This document shows, piece by piece, positions 25,075-38,097 of a stretch of 64,000 nt of DNA. The notes beneath the pieces are model-generated. The model was not told the origin of the DNA and made no database searches. It saw only the letters and a list, made by a program, of their open reading frames with translations. Numbering within the stretch: the first letter of the stretch is position 1; every line of letters begins with the position of its first letter. This DNA comes from Selaginella moellendorffii (Eukaryota; Plantae; Lycopodiophyta): the NCBI RefSeq assembly GCF_000143415.4, contig NW_003314266.1, positions 2,184,486 to 2,248,485 on the forward strand. Reading direction: 5' to 3'. A program made the translations under genes and the position numbers.

Positions 25075-28000
25075 CAATTAGTCTTGTTACATACACAAAG
25101 ATGAAGACGATGATCCGAGTGGGTACATGTTAGAGTGCAAAGGCTTCACAATTGTTCATTGGGTATGGATTTGGTTACCTTGTTGTACCTTATGATGTGA
25201 GCTTACGTTTGGGCTCATAGGATGGATTTGAGATGTTCTGTTTGCACGAATTTGAATTTGGGCTCGTGAGTGAGGCATATTAGCAACTCAAGGTTACACT
25301 TTGAGTTAGCTAGATTAATGTTAGCATATCAGTGGTTCTATGAGTTATTCCATGTACCATGGGTAAAAGTAAACCTTCCCTAGGTTTGCTATGAGTGGCA
25401 AATAAGCTGGTCTGTAGCTGTTTAGCATGATACTAGTGGATCCTTCCTAGGCATGATTACAAGTGAATCAATCAAGACTATAGGGATTAGTCTATTGGTT
25501 CAAGTATTCATTGTCGTGCTCTCTCTTATAAACTTTTCTTGGATTGGACTGAAGGCAGTGCGAAAGCAAACTAGAGGTTTAGTTAAAGATGAGACTGAAA
25601 AGAGAGTCGTCAGAGATGAAAGATCAAACACTTAAATCATTTCCTCTTCTTAAAGAGATGATTTACAATAAAGTGTTAACTCATTGCTTGTGTTCACATT
25701 ATGCAATAAAGAGTCCCTATCTTGATGCATGTTGGAAATGATAGTTTTATAAATGGTGAGTTGTGGAATAGATAGCAGTGAAGTGTTAAACCATTTTGTT
25801 TAGGCTTACTATTAAAAGACTTAGGTTGCAATGCTCAATTTTTTTTCGGGGAACCTTGTTATTGCTCCTTAAGTAGCTTGGTGTGGGATTAGTATTGAGT
25901 TTGGTCAGAATGAGAGTGGCATGAACTTATTTATGTTGTGAATAAAAGTCAGTGGTATTAAGTGTTGTAAATCTCTATCGGTAGAGTGTGGCATTTATGT
26001 TGCAATTTGTCGAATTGAGTTGGCACTTGATATTCACATAAACCTTTGAAGTAGTGACATGGGCGTTGCTTATAGTGTTGCTCAATTGATGATCAAGTCA
26101 TTATGATTTTATATTATATCCATGTGATAATAAGTAATGTGTTTATGAAGTTGCTTGGTTAAACAATAATCAACTTCAAAGTGGTTAATGGTGAAGTTAG
26201 TCTACTTGCACGAAGTAGCATTGTAGTAACTTTGATTGGATTCTCAATGGTGGTCCATTATGCTAAGCTTAAGTTGGTACCTTGTTTCCTTGAGTTTGCC
26301 CATTAAGGTGTTGAAAAGGGTTATAGCATTCACTTGCTATGGCTTGTCGGTTGTTCCGTTAGCACTTGGAGTAGATTATTGGATGGAGAAAGTGTGCAGT
26401 TGAGGCATTGACATCACTAGCACTTGTGTTAGTGGAGATGATATTGTTATGTTAAGTGATGAGGAATTTTCTCTAAAGCTTGATTTTTAATGTCATTTCT
26501 CTTGTTAAGTGTTTTAGCTTCACATTGGATCTTGAAGGTGGTTGAAGAAGAGTGTTAGTGCAATGTAGATATCTGAAAATATGGTCTTCATGATCAAGCC
26601 TTGGATGTTCATTTTGCATTTTACGGATGTCGGTGTTAGATTTGGAGATATGGGCAAAGATGTTCGATGTTTAAGCATATTGTTGGATCATGAGAATTTG
26701 TGTTGAGGTGAACCTATGTGAAGTTGTAGGTAGGAGGAAGTTGGTTGAGTCTTGAAAGTTTGCATTCCTGGACTGAAAGTCATTCTTTCTCTGGGATGGA
26801 AAATTTTCCACAAATTTTCTTAAGCTTTTCCAATAGCTGATCTATTGCTCGAAAACCATTCTGTTTTCGTAAGCCAGTACAAACTAATAAAGGGGTTGGA
26901 GTTGACTTCAGTTAGCTTAGACCTTTGTATGTAGTTTGTATGATGCGGCCCAAAAGGGATGCTCACTTTTGGGGTTAAAACAATTGAGTTGGATAGAGTC
27001 TGGAGTTGATGTAGAAAAGTGGCTGTTGCACTTTTCTAAAAAGGGTGACCCTTGTGCCTTTCTTCTATAGTGTTATGCTCAGTAGCAGATTGCACTTTGC
27101 ATTTCATTAAGACTCTATGAGAGTAGTGAGCTCTCACTGATCTTGACTTAGTCTTGGCAGCCCTGCGCCTTGACTGAGGATAGTAATGTCCAACTTTGTT
27201 TTTTGAGGTTGAGATGTTAGTACTCGTACTATAGCTTTGTCTATGAGGAGGTTGTGTGCCAATATGAGTCCATCTTATGGTCTTCACTTTAGTTTTGACT
27301 AAGTGTTGATCATGCATAGCTAGCTTCTTCAAGGCATGCTCAAAGCTATTGGCTAAATGCATTAGTGAGCTTATTGCAGTTGAGTTGGATTCAAGTAGTT
27401 ATTTTATTCGTGCTTGTCCATGAACTTTTATCTTGTATCTAGGGTATTATGTTCATGTTAGACAAGTATATGACTCGATGACATGAGTTTAGTGTTTGGG
27501 TCTCGAGTTTAGTGTTTGGGTCTCATGAAAGCAAATTGAAGAGTGATTATTGGTTGCTTTGGGATTAATGGTTGTTTATAGACTTCATCAAGGATTGTAA
27601 CATTTGTTTCACTCGATGATAATTTAGTAATGATGGGCTTGCTTTACCAGATGGTGTTGTGGAGGATCGTATTGTTAGACTTATATGGGTTTTCCATGTT
27701 GGCATGTCAACTCTACCTCTTTCAATATCATTTGGTTGTGTTTTAATCCGTGGTGTTGGATTTCATTGAGTCTTGGATGTGATGAATCACTCCTTGAGGA
27801 AATGTCATCTGTAACTGAGTATTGTTGGAGAATTAATCTCAGATACTACCTAAAGTATCTTTGACTTTGGTTAGCTTAGTTGCTAAAGAGTTTTGAATGA
27901 TTATTCACTCTCGCTTTCTTCTAGCTTTGTCCTAGTGTTGATGGCATTGAAGTGATGCTCTATCGTTGACATTATTGATGTTGAGATTTTAATGAAATGA

Positions 28001-30861
28001 GATGTCTTTCCAAAATATTGATATTGAGTTTTATTAGTCTCAATAAAGATAGTGTTGATGATTTGCCTATGGCTTCGTATTATTAGTATTCGTGCATATG
28101 CTAGTTAACAACTATATAAAGTTTAAATGAACTAAGTGACAAGTTTGAGTTAATTGTGTTTTTGATGAGATTGTTTAGTAGGGGTTGAGCTTTAGCTTTT
28201 CCTTGAAAAGTGATTCAGTCGTGGATTATGCTAACTCTACAAGCAGAAGAGTTAGTAATCGATATTGGAATGTTTGAATCCTTGTTGGATTTGAATTGAG
28301 ATATATCAATTATTGATGATTCAATGATCATGAGTCTCACATGAATTAATTTCAATGCTAAAGAAGAAATTATGGTACAACCCACAATAACCTCCTCAGC
28401 ACATCCAGAAGCTAAACTTCATAATGCCAAAGCTAATGAAGAGTATATCTACATCAATCCAAAAGCTAAGCACAATAGAACTATACTCAACAAGTGATCA
28501 CTAAACCATCTTCCATAAATCCATCTATAACAAAACATAACTCACTTCATAACAAGCATAAGAACTTTGAGTTTTCATGCTTATTGTTCTATTTGTTATA
28601 AGTTGTTGGGGAAGGCATTTTTGGCTTATTAACTTTGATGTGGAAGTTAGCTTTTGCATTTAGCAATCATTGGTGATAATTGACTATCATTTAAGATAGT
28701 TGATTATCATTGTCAAAAAGTTTTGCTTGATTGTTGTTGATACAAGATGATTTGTTATTCCTCAGAATGGTGGATTTCTTCTTTGACGATGATTATGCAT
28801 CTCTTTATTAGTGGGATGATTAATGTTTTTTCATGATAGTTAATTATTCTCTTTAATGGCTTATGGCTTTTCGCAATACCATATATTCTTTGTGGTTTGC
28901 TTTGGATTGGTCTCTTGGGTTTGATCAGACATCAGTAGGATGTTGCTAGCACTTGCCTAGACAACTCTAGTTCCTTCGTATTATTGATTGAAATTTAGTC
29001 AGATTAGCTGGTGTGATAGTTGGCAAGAATGAGTGTTTGTTGGTTTTGCCGCATTCATTATGTTTTGCTGATTATTGCTTGCGCTAGTTTTGCTAGATTG
29101 GGATGTTGTTACTTTTGGGTGATACATTCGCAATCATTTTGCTTGCTAGTCAATAATACTTTGTGTTCTTTGAGTTATTTTTCATAAGTTGTTTAGCATA
29201 CTATCTGCCATCTTCAGTAGTTAAGTTTCATTATTGAGTTTCCTTGATAATACACTAGCTATTGAATTTTGTTGGATGGTGAATCCTATGTTTACGAATT
29301 ATGATGATCTTGGTGGTTCCTATACTACTATAATACTAGTTTATCGGATGATAATTTACTTGGAATACTTTTGTGTTCTAATCTAAGCATTATTCACTGA
29401 TAATTAAATCTCTAAGATATCATTGTCTATGACTTTGATATTGTCCATCCATTGATCTTTGAGTTTGGGCCAGTATAGGTAGACTAGTTTCAACACTTCA
29501 TGTGCATGGTGAAATCTTTAGTCATGGGGTAGCTATTGTCGACTGGTCACATAAGCCACTTCTCTGTCGATGTTCCTTATTTTGTTAAAAAGGCATGATC
29601 ATGTAAACAACTCTAACTGCCTGTTTACAGTAGTCTATCTAAACCTTACCGACGGGTTTGGTTTCTTTGCTCATGAGGCTTCTCTCTCTATGTCCTTGCA
29701 AGCAGGGGCATAACACACTTTTGTAAGCTAGGTGACACCTAGAGCAGCAAGGGTGGCTAACTCCATTGGTCATTTCTTTGTCGGTGACGACCGGAAAGTG
29801 TCTGAGTTAGTAGTGCATCCGTGTTAGACAAAGAGGTTGTCTCCTAACTCATTTAAGTTGGTGCATTTCTCATATAGTGTGAATACTGTGAACTTTTTCT
29901 GGAGTTGTTTCCTTGGCGGTATTCTAGACTCGAGTGTGCATCGACGAGGACATCGATTTTCCCTAGGGGGGGAGAGTGTCGCGAATGTGACTTTAGGTAT
30001 CGAAAGTTACCTGTCAGCTAGTCCTTACGGACACTCTTTCCTTACTGCCATGACGGCAAGAGATCAGTATTATTTGGCCCGTTATCAGCCTCCGCTTAAG
30101 CTAGTTGAGAAATTGGTCTTCGCGTGTGCACTTAACCAGATGAGCATAAGGAAGGCATTCCTAAGTGTCTGTTTAGTCAAGCATACTTGACCTGGTTAGA
30201 GAAATTCATTCATTGACTTGCACTTGCTAGTGTTAGGAACCCCCGCGATATTGAGCTTGGTCCCTCAATATTCGTTGAATGATAGCTTACCGTGTCTACT
30301 AAACACCCTTGCTATCATGCCCTTTGTGTTAGTCTCATTTTGGCCCCAAATGCTATTTATGGAAACTGTCTAGTTTTGCTCATTTGGCATATCTACGGAA
30401 TGTAAAGATTGTTCTGAACACAATGGTGTTCATCTCGTGTCCAAATTCGCAATCTAGGGACATTCTATATTTAGTACGTTTCGAGCTTGTCCTAGAGACT
30501 AATTTCTGATACTAAGAGAGGCTTAGGGTGAAAGCCTGAAGCCTGAAGTGTGTGTTCCTCAAGGGGGGGCGGGGGAGAAGCGGGAGCTGTGCGGGGTTCC
30601 AAATGTATAGTAGGGATAGTGGGTAGGTCAGGCATAGCCGACCAACCTGAGGCATAGTCTAACTCCCACTTGTGAGCCTGTTCTTGTTCTACATCTGGCT
30701 TGGGTCTAAGCCCAAGTTCCATTCCATGCTAGTTGGTGGAGTACCCCTGTCCTCGCGTTAGGCCACTGGTATGCCGAAATAGCACCAGACTCCGTTTGGC
30801 TCCATTTTGCGTGTTAGTCCTGGTATTGGGATGCTGGTTGCTCCAGGATTGTTCCAAGTTG
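25075..30861 (+). mobile_element. LARD-like copy 3: internal region and truncated 3' LTR (its PBS and first ~49 bp lie at 16593-16641)
   Basis: Internal sequence resumes exactly after the TSD. PPT is followed by the LTR from 29977, which is interrupted at 30861. Confidence 0.88.
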
Positions 30862-33800
30862 TGTTGGGGGAAGGAGGGGCGCTTCCCCCAATGCTCACTC
30901 AAACACAAGAAATGCTTCAATGTTGTATACAAGATGCCCCCCCCCCCCCCCCCCCCCTGCCGTTGTGGGGCAAGGGTTTTATACAAGGAAGATGGGGAAT
31001 ATTCCAAGGACCAAAATATTCCCTCTCTCTCTCTCACTCTCTCAGTGGCCACACCCAAACATGCGACCACAGTGGATTGCGCTAGCTCCAGACAGGCAAG
31101 AACCCTCCAAAGAGTGTAGAGTGTACGTCTACTACTGATGCCAAGTGCTGGTAGCTGCATGAAATAGTAGAAACTCTAGAAAACAAAATGGAAAAAAAAG
31201 AAAAGAGGTGGGTGTGAAGTTTGGAGATAGGGAGGAAAACCCGTTGGGAAACCCTGTAGTCAAACTGGGCCCTAAAGTTGAAGAAAATGTGCAGAAAAAG
31301 TGTGAAAACAGGAGGAAAATAGAAGAAAAAAAAGTGAGTACCCAAAGAACTTAACCCGTAGCCAGATTTCGGCTCAGGAAAGTGTAATATTTAAATCCAG
31401 CCTATTGATGACTTTCGGTATGCTCCAAGGATTGGCAAAATTGAGAAAAAAAGAGAGGTAGAAGAGGGGATGTGTTGTCCAAGGGTGGTAAGTGTGGAAT
31501 TGATGAAAGATGGAGTGATATGGTGGAGCGCCAAGATGGTGGTGGCACTCTGAAAAGGTGGCCATTGATAACTATTGGCCCATATAGTAAATGTTGACTT
31601 CTCGGAGTAGCCGGTAACCAGTAACTAATAACCAATAACTAGGGACCTATAACCGGTAACCACCTACTCTCACTCCTACTCCTGCGCCTGCTCCAGCACT
31701 GATATGGTGGAGTGATATGATGGAGTGCTGAGATGGGGTGGCACTCTGAGAAGGTGGCTAGTCTGATGTGTCGGACTGAAGAAGTCAGCAATTGAAAAGG
31801 ACGGTGTAGTTGCTGGGTTGCCGGTAAAGAGAGGTGGCATGTGTCCACTGAGTGCTGGAGCAAAAGAAAGTGGCTTTGGCTTTTGTGGCCTCGTCTAAAG
31901 ATCCACCTAGGTGCCTTGAGTGAACAGGTTCACCCGGTTGGAAAAAAGTCGCTCCAGAAAATCTAGTGCGTTGTCGGCTAATGGTCGTAAGGACCTCTCG
32001 AAAACGGGATGTCCAAATGAGGTGGTGTCTTTTGCTATTGGTGCACGTATGTGTGTCTATGGTATGGTGTAAATGTGACCTCAAACGGAGATGTGAATGA
32101 TGGTGAAAGAATGAAAGATGCAAGACAGGCATCTAGAGATAAGTGTGGGCAATGTTGCTGAAAGTGATTAGTGATGGAACTGTGAGTGTAGATGATATGG
32201 AATGAGTGAGGGGAATGTGTAGGGTGTAGTAATGGTAAGGGAAGGGCTAAAGAACCTGGAACATAGACTAGGCCAAGTGAGGAACCTCCATACAAACGGC
32301 AATGCAGTTTGAGCACGAAATCCAAAGCATGGGCCATAATCCAATGGAGAAACACCCTCTGAAAGTAAGAAAACTAGCCATGAAAGTAAAGTGAAAGAAA
32401 GGAAGAAAAAGAAAAAGAAAAAGAAGAGAAAAGGAACACCTCACCGGATGAAGCATTTGAGATGAGAGTGGTTGTGAGCGTGTGGGAGCTCACGTCCATC
32501 AGCATCAACTAGCACATATGCTCTACCTTCGATGTGTCACTGGTCAAAGTAGGGGCCAATCTAGCAAGGGGAGAACTTTGTAGGTGGCGTAAACTCCTTG
32601 AGTAGAACGAGATTGCCATCCTCGAATGGTTTAGCAGACCGTTGGTGATCGATGACTGACTTGATTTTTTGCTTGCCTCGAAAGAGATGTTTAGTCATGG
32701 ATCATCACTGTTCTTCCAAGGCAAGAACCTCCAAGTCACATGCATGAACCTTGTCCTCATCTCTAAGTTACATCACTGCTGCGTATCGAAGTGAAAGTGA
32801 GAGTGATGGCACTTGGATCTCCACTGGAAGCACGGCCTCTATCCCATAGACAAGGGAGAATGGGGTCGCAGAGATGGATGTCTTGAAGGACGTCCGAAAA
32901 GCCCACAACGCCATAACCAAGTGCTCGTGCCAATGCCTTGGGGTGATCCTCAACAAGCTTGGAGATGACTGTCTTCAATATCTTGTTGCTGGACTCCGCC
33001 TAGCCATTGCACTCAGGATAATAGTTGCTGCTCTTCACGTGTTTGACCTACAGCTGTTGGAGAAGATGCTACATCACCTGTCCAAGGAAGCCACTGCCAC
33101 AATCGAAAACCAAAACAGCAGGAACTCCGAATCTGCAAATGACGTACTCGTAGATAAACTTTGCTATAGACTATTGATCTACCTATCGTAGAGGGGTGGC
33201 CTCGACCCATTTTGTAAAATAGTCCATTGCCACAATGATGTAATATTGTCCTTTTGAGCTCAGTGGGATGATTGGGCCAACGAAGTCAAGTCCCCACTGA
33301 AAAAAAGGACCTAGAGAAGTGATGAGCTGGAAAGGAAGACGTGGAACATGGCTCTGAGGGGTGAACCGTTGGCACTACTCACATGCCTTTGCATAGGCCA
33401 GGCTGTCCTGGTGAATCCGAGGCCAAAAGTAGCCATGGTGCAAGAGGAGCTATGCTGTGACTCGTCCCGAGAAATGCCCCGCACAAGAGTGGAAAGTGCG
33501 AAGGAGCCCAGGGACCTCGTGTTCCCCCACACACCGCAACAAAACCTCCTAAGAAGTCCTCCTGTAAAGGTGTCTATCGAGAAGGCAAAACCCCCATGCT
33601 CGGATCTCCAATGCCTTTTGTTGTACTGGTGAGGAATCTGCTGGGAATTGACTTGAATCCAGGTACACTGCAATATCCTGTAATGCTGCTGGGACTACAA
33701 AGGAAGTAGCTTTAGCAACCAAGAACTCGCTCAGATCCATCGCACGCTTGCGCCGCATGTGAAAAGTTGGCTAGAACTCTTGGATGGTCAGAATCCAAGA

Positions 33801-34096
33801 TAAAGTACGAGGACTGTGAACTAGTCACTGTAAAAGAAAGGTCAGCACATTAAAATAGACGTGGAAATGGATACGGGCTCCAACGAGAAAGTGACGAAAT
33901 CGCTCCAAGGTGTAAACAACAGCCACTGCTTCTTTTTCTGCATCCACGTACTTCTTCTTAGTCTCCTTGAATGAATGTGATGCATAGTATGTTGCATGTG
34001 GTGGCTTGCCAGGCTGTGAATATTGGCAAAGGCATACTCCAAAAGCCTCTGTACCTGTTGTCATGTAAATGTCAAAAAGAAGTTGTCGTTCTGGTG
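30862..34096 (-). mobile_element. Tat/Athila-like Ty3/gypsy remnant: RNase H, integrase and long 3' region
   Basis: RNase H shows YYASHSF...EKEAVAVVYTLERFRHFLVG. Integrase shows GYFWP, WGLDFVGP, MDYFTKWVEA, CRFGVP, ALWAFRT, PFSLVYGIEAVLPVEI and a C-terminal AYVLVDADG. Multiple in-frame stops. Confidence 0.9.
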
Positions 34097-35050
34097 TGTA
34101 GCGCATCTGAATTTGGAGCCAAACTCCAAGCCCGTTGCGCCACAAACGAGGGTCCGGTACAATCCCACGAGCACCAGCTCCCCGTATCCAGCACCTACAT
34201 GCAAAATAGTGTCAGACGGAGTCTAGCACAATTTTGGCATACCGGTGGCCTAATGCAAGGAGGAGGGTACTCCACCGACTAGAGCAGCGTGGAGCTTGGG
34301 CTTAGACCCAAGCCAGATGTAGAACAAGGAGTGACACAGCCTAGCGGGAGCCAAACTAATGTCTCAGATGGTTGGACATGCATTCTAACCGCTATCCCTA
34401 CTATACATTTGGAACCCCCCACAGCCCCCCCCCCCCCCCGACTTGAGGTTGGGACTGAGACCGAGGGGCCTTGGGTGGGAGTGAGCATGGATTTGGTTGG
34501 TGCCAGAGGGACCATCCAAGGAAGTGCTCAAGAGCAGCTCCCACTCCCGAAAGGGAAACCGACTGCAGTGCTTCCGGCTCATGTGGAGTGGTGCCCCACT
34601 TGAATACCATGCAGCTCATTGGTCCTCGCCCTTCCTAGGGGCTTGGACCTTCCCTTCGAGATGGAAGTGGGGGGGTAGAGGTACCCATACCGGGCCGTTA
34701 GGCCACGGTGTTTCGCCCCGGTGTCCCGAAGCAAGTGTTGCACCCGAGACTTAGGATTTAGAGGGTCCCATGATCAAGTCTTGTGGTACCAAGGGAAGTT
34801 AGGAACTTGGAAGCTTGGTGTGCTTGGCTACTTATGCTTGTGGGGAGTGTAACTGAACCTTAAGTCCAATTTAACCCGGGGAGGGGGATTGGGAGAGATT
34901 TGGGAATCCGTGGATGGATGGCTAACACTCCATTGCTCGTGCAGTGAGTAGCTGAAACCAAGTAGGACCAAGTAGGAGCTGGTACCATAGGCGGGAACCT
35001 TGGAAAAGGAACTTAGCAAAAGCCAAGGCAGTGTTGGACGGATAAACAAG
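34097..35050 (-). mobile_element. 327-bp 3' LTR (34097-34423), PPT and 3' internal sequence of an element related to the LARD LTR, inserted into the RNase H above
   Basis: On the minus strand the poly-G PPT is followed by TGTGGGGG...TGCGCTACA. 34160-34448 is homologous to the reverse complement of ~30556-30850. The right boundary is approximate. Confidence 0.8.
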
Positions 35051-35980
35051 GTAAGCTAGCAAATTGGGAAAGAAAAATTTGTAACTTACACTTTCTCATG
35101 CAATGCAATTGACATGGTTGGAGGTGAGTCAGGTAGCCCGAGACATCTCTCAACTTCACTCTCTTTATTTAAGAGTAAGGTTGAGCCTCTAGACAAGCCC
35201 TCTTTATTTGATGGCGGGGCTTATAGAGTACAGGCTCCCATATCCAGCTTTTCAGAGTGTTTCTTGATAGAGAAAGGGCTTCTCGACTTGTTTCTTGCAT
35301 GGGACCAACTCTCTCTTATGGAGCTAAATGACACAGTCACTCCAAACCAGATCCATCTTTCACAGGACACAGCTGAAATCAATCCTCCTCAACAACTATC
35401 TATGGTAATACAGCATTGTAAGGCATATGGTGGCCTTGACCACAATAGCGACAACAACCTCCATGTCCATGACAACATTACTGCTGCTGATAGTAGTTGG
35501 CATTACTGCTTGACATTCATCATGCGTTGGAGCTTCTGGCTCACCACCCCAATTAGTACTATGGGTACTGAATATACCAATCTCCGCATGTACACTTTCA
35601 ATTGGAATACTTGAATGCCATTCTCAGAGAAGTTACTGAAATGTGTGAGCCTGGAGAAGAGGGAGTTGAGGTTTCCCCCAAGCATCCATCTAAAGAAATT
35701 AAACTCTTGAACATGGCCAGTGATGTTGCTACATAATTCTTGAGAGAGTTGTTATGACAGAAATGTGCGGTTACTGCTGCTGATTTGTAACACCTATTTT
35801 GAAAGCCAGAAGTGCATTTAGCTCCTCTGCTGATAAATTCCTAAAGCCATGCGGAGTCTTGATTGGAAATTATACAAACATCTAGTTTCAGTTAACTTCA
35901 CTATATCAGCAACAAGATTACAGTTTAAATAAGAGACTTGGAAAGCCTAAAATCGGAAAACCTTAGAAAAAGCGGGGTAA

Positions 35981-36736
35981 ATGGCTCTTTGCGCGCCACG
36001 GATCGCCTTCCATCCACCTAGGGTTTGTAGCAAGTTGCGAGGGAAGGAGACCCCATCCCCCGCATCGCCGCTGCCCAAATGTATGGCGGCCAGCGGCGCA
36101 GCGCTGGGATTGATGCTGTTGCCCACTTCCGCGGCTTTTGCCGCGGCGCAGGACAATCTAGGGTTTATTCGCGAGCTCCTGTCCGAGGAACCCGCGAATG
36201 CTCTCTCACTCCCGACATGGACCATTCACGTCGCCAGTGTTGTCGAGTGGTAAGTAAGTCGAGCTCGAGAGAGAAAAAAAGAATCAAAGTTTGGCAAAAA
36301 TCCGCGAAAAAGTCATCGTTTTCGTTCTTTTTGCAAGGGTGGTGGCAATGATTCTGGTCTGGCAATATGGTGACACGAAGAACAATGCAGCTTGGAAGAG
36401 CCTTTCGTGGGGAATGGTAAGCATTTCTTCTTCTTCACCAAGTTACACTTGAGAACTTGGCCAATCTTCTCCTCTTTTTTCTTCTTAGGTTCCATTGCTG
36501 GGTGGAGCTTTATGCGCTTGCACCTGGCACTTCTTCTATAATGCCGAATCACTGGAGGTATGCTCGTCCTCTCGCAAGCGTTGTGTTCTTGTGCTAAGAG
36601 AAGTTTACGAGAGGTTTTTTTTCTCTTGCAGGTGTTGGTCGTGATGCAAGGTGCTCTGACGCTTGTTGGCAACATCACTCTCTGGATCGCTGCGTATAGA
36701 ATCTACCAGAATAGCTCATCTTCATCCTCGTCATAG
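35981..36736 (+). CDS. ycf49: Ycf49-like (DUF2499) chloroplast-targeted membrane protein, 4 exons
   Basis: Exons 35981-36249, 36338-36416, 36489-36557, 36632-36736. Motifs ANALSLPTWTIHVASVVEW, LSWGMVPLLGGALCACTWHFFYN and QGALTLVGN; transit-peptide-like N-terminus. Confidence 0.92.
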
Positions 36737-38097
36737 TGGGTACGCTAACGCGGTCGTTCTCTTTTGGCTCCGCTGTTGTTAATGACGACAGTGGCTGCTG
36801 CTGCAAGCTTTGAAAGTGTTGCTTTGACGAGTCTTGTTCTCTCCAACTCGAACCAGGATAGCTCAGCTCTCACCTTCCATCACTTCTCCAACATGCCCCG
36901 GGCATCAGCAGACAGGTTTCCACGGAAAGTGATATCCTTTCTTGCACCGGCTTCTCTCTTTTTCTCTTTGCATTGTTCGTATACGTTGGAAGGACGGAGA
37001 TGTGCGTCTGCTCGGCTTTTCTTCATTTCCCTTGAGCCAGGTAAGTACTTGATCCAGCAAGTTATGGTATGGTCCTCTCGAGTTTTTCCCTCTTCTGCTG
37101 CTAAAACTTACTCGGATTGTCTTCCTTCCAGCCGATAAGCTCCTGCTTGTGGGGTCATCCACAAAAGCTCGCATGACGGCTTCCTTCATACACGCATATC
37201 ATTACGGTGGCCATGTTCTGAGACACAGGGGTCCTACGATTGAGCGAAAGCAAGCAAAGGTGTGCTGCACGAGGCTGCTGCCACTGGCTGCGGCTAAAGC
37301 ATCCTTTCTTACCCGTGTTTGTACTAACGTACTCGTCCGTTCATGCAACAAAGTTGTCGACTGTACTGTAGGAGGCTCCAGCCAGCTTCTATTCGCCAGG
37401 TGTGTGAGTGCTCTTTTGATTTCAACGCATACTAACACTTCGCTGCTTCAGTTGCTGATCGCTGCTTCAGTTGCTGCGGATTGGATTGGACAGCAGGCAA
37501 TAGATTCCTTCCTCCAAAAGCTGCTGGCAAGGATTTGCCTCCACTGTGCGAGAGAAGAAAAACTTTAGCAAAGGCTGGAAGTTCAAGCGTAGAGGACGAC
37601 GGCCTGTAGCAGCGTTGGCGTTGTCGGTAACGTTCCGTGGTGGCGGTGGGGGTGTCAAGGTACATCGAAAATGAAACTCCTCGCAGGCTTTAGCGTTAAC
37701 GTTTTCTGGTGACACAGGCTGAAAAAGCATTTGGATCATTCTCAGAGATTGAGAACGCGACACAAGTCTTGGCAGTGGGCGTGCTTGCTATCGAAGTGTT
37801 CGTTGGAGGAGGTGAGTTTGTTTTCTATCAAAAGCATTCTTTTCTTCTGTGGTGGGATCGAAACTAACGTCGTTTCACGCGACAGGGACTGGATTTCATG
37901 CTTTTGTGTATTCATTCAAACATTTTACAAACGGTAGAGAGAAAAAAGCGGAAGAAAAAAACGTACCTAAAGCCACTTCGAAGCTGCTGCTTGGGCAAAG
38001 TCAGCCAGCTTGAGCAGCAGCAAGAAAAACCAATCGATAGAGGAAAGAAAAGGAAGAAACTTTGATAAGAAAAAGAACGATTTTTCGCGAGACCGAG

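Noticed and set aside
25060-25080. Apparent PBS deletion after the LTR
   Set aside because: It is the 3' junction of the nested insertion (TSD TTGGG).
11134-30861. Tandem ~6-kb units as an endogenous pararetrovirus or Penelope/retrozyme array
   Set aside because: The PBS, PPT, TG...CA ends and 5-bp TSD explain them as LTR elements. No RT, movement-protein or hammerhead core was seen.
35114-35685. 166-aa plus-strand ORF and a minus-strand CRYCGQGHH knuckle-like peptide
   Set aside because: No recognisable domain; probably degraded TE sequence, too weak to call.
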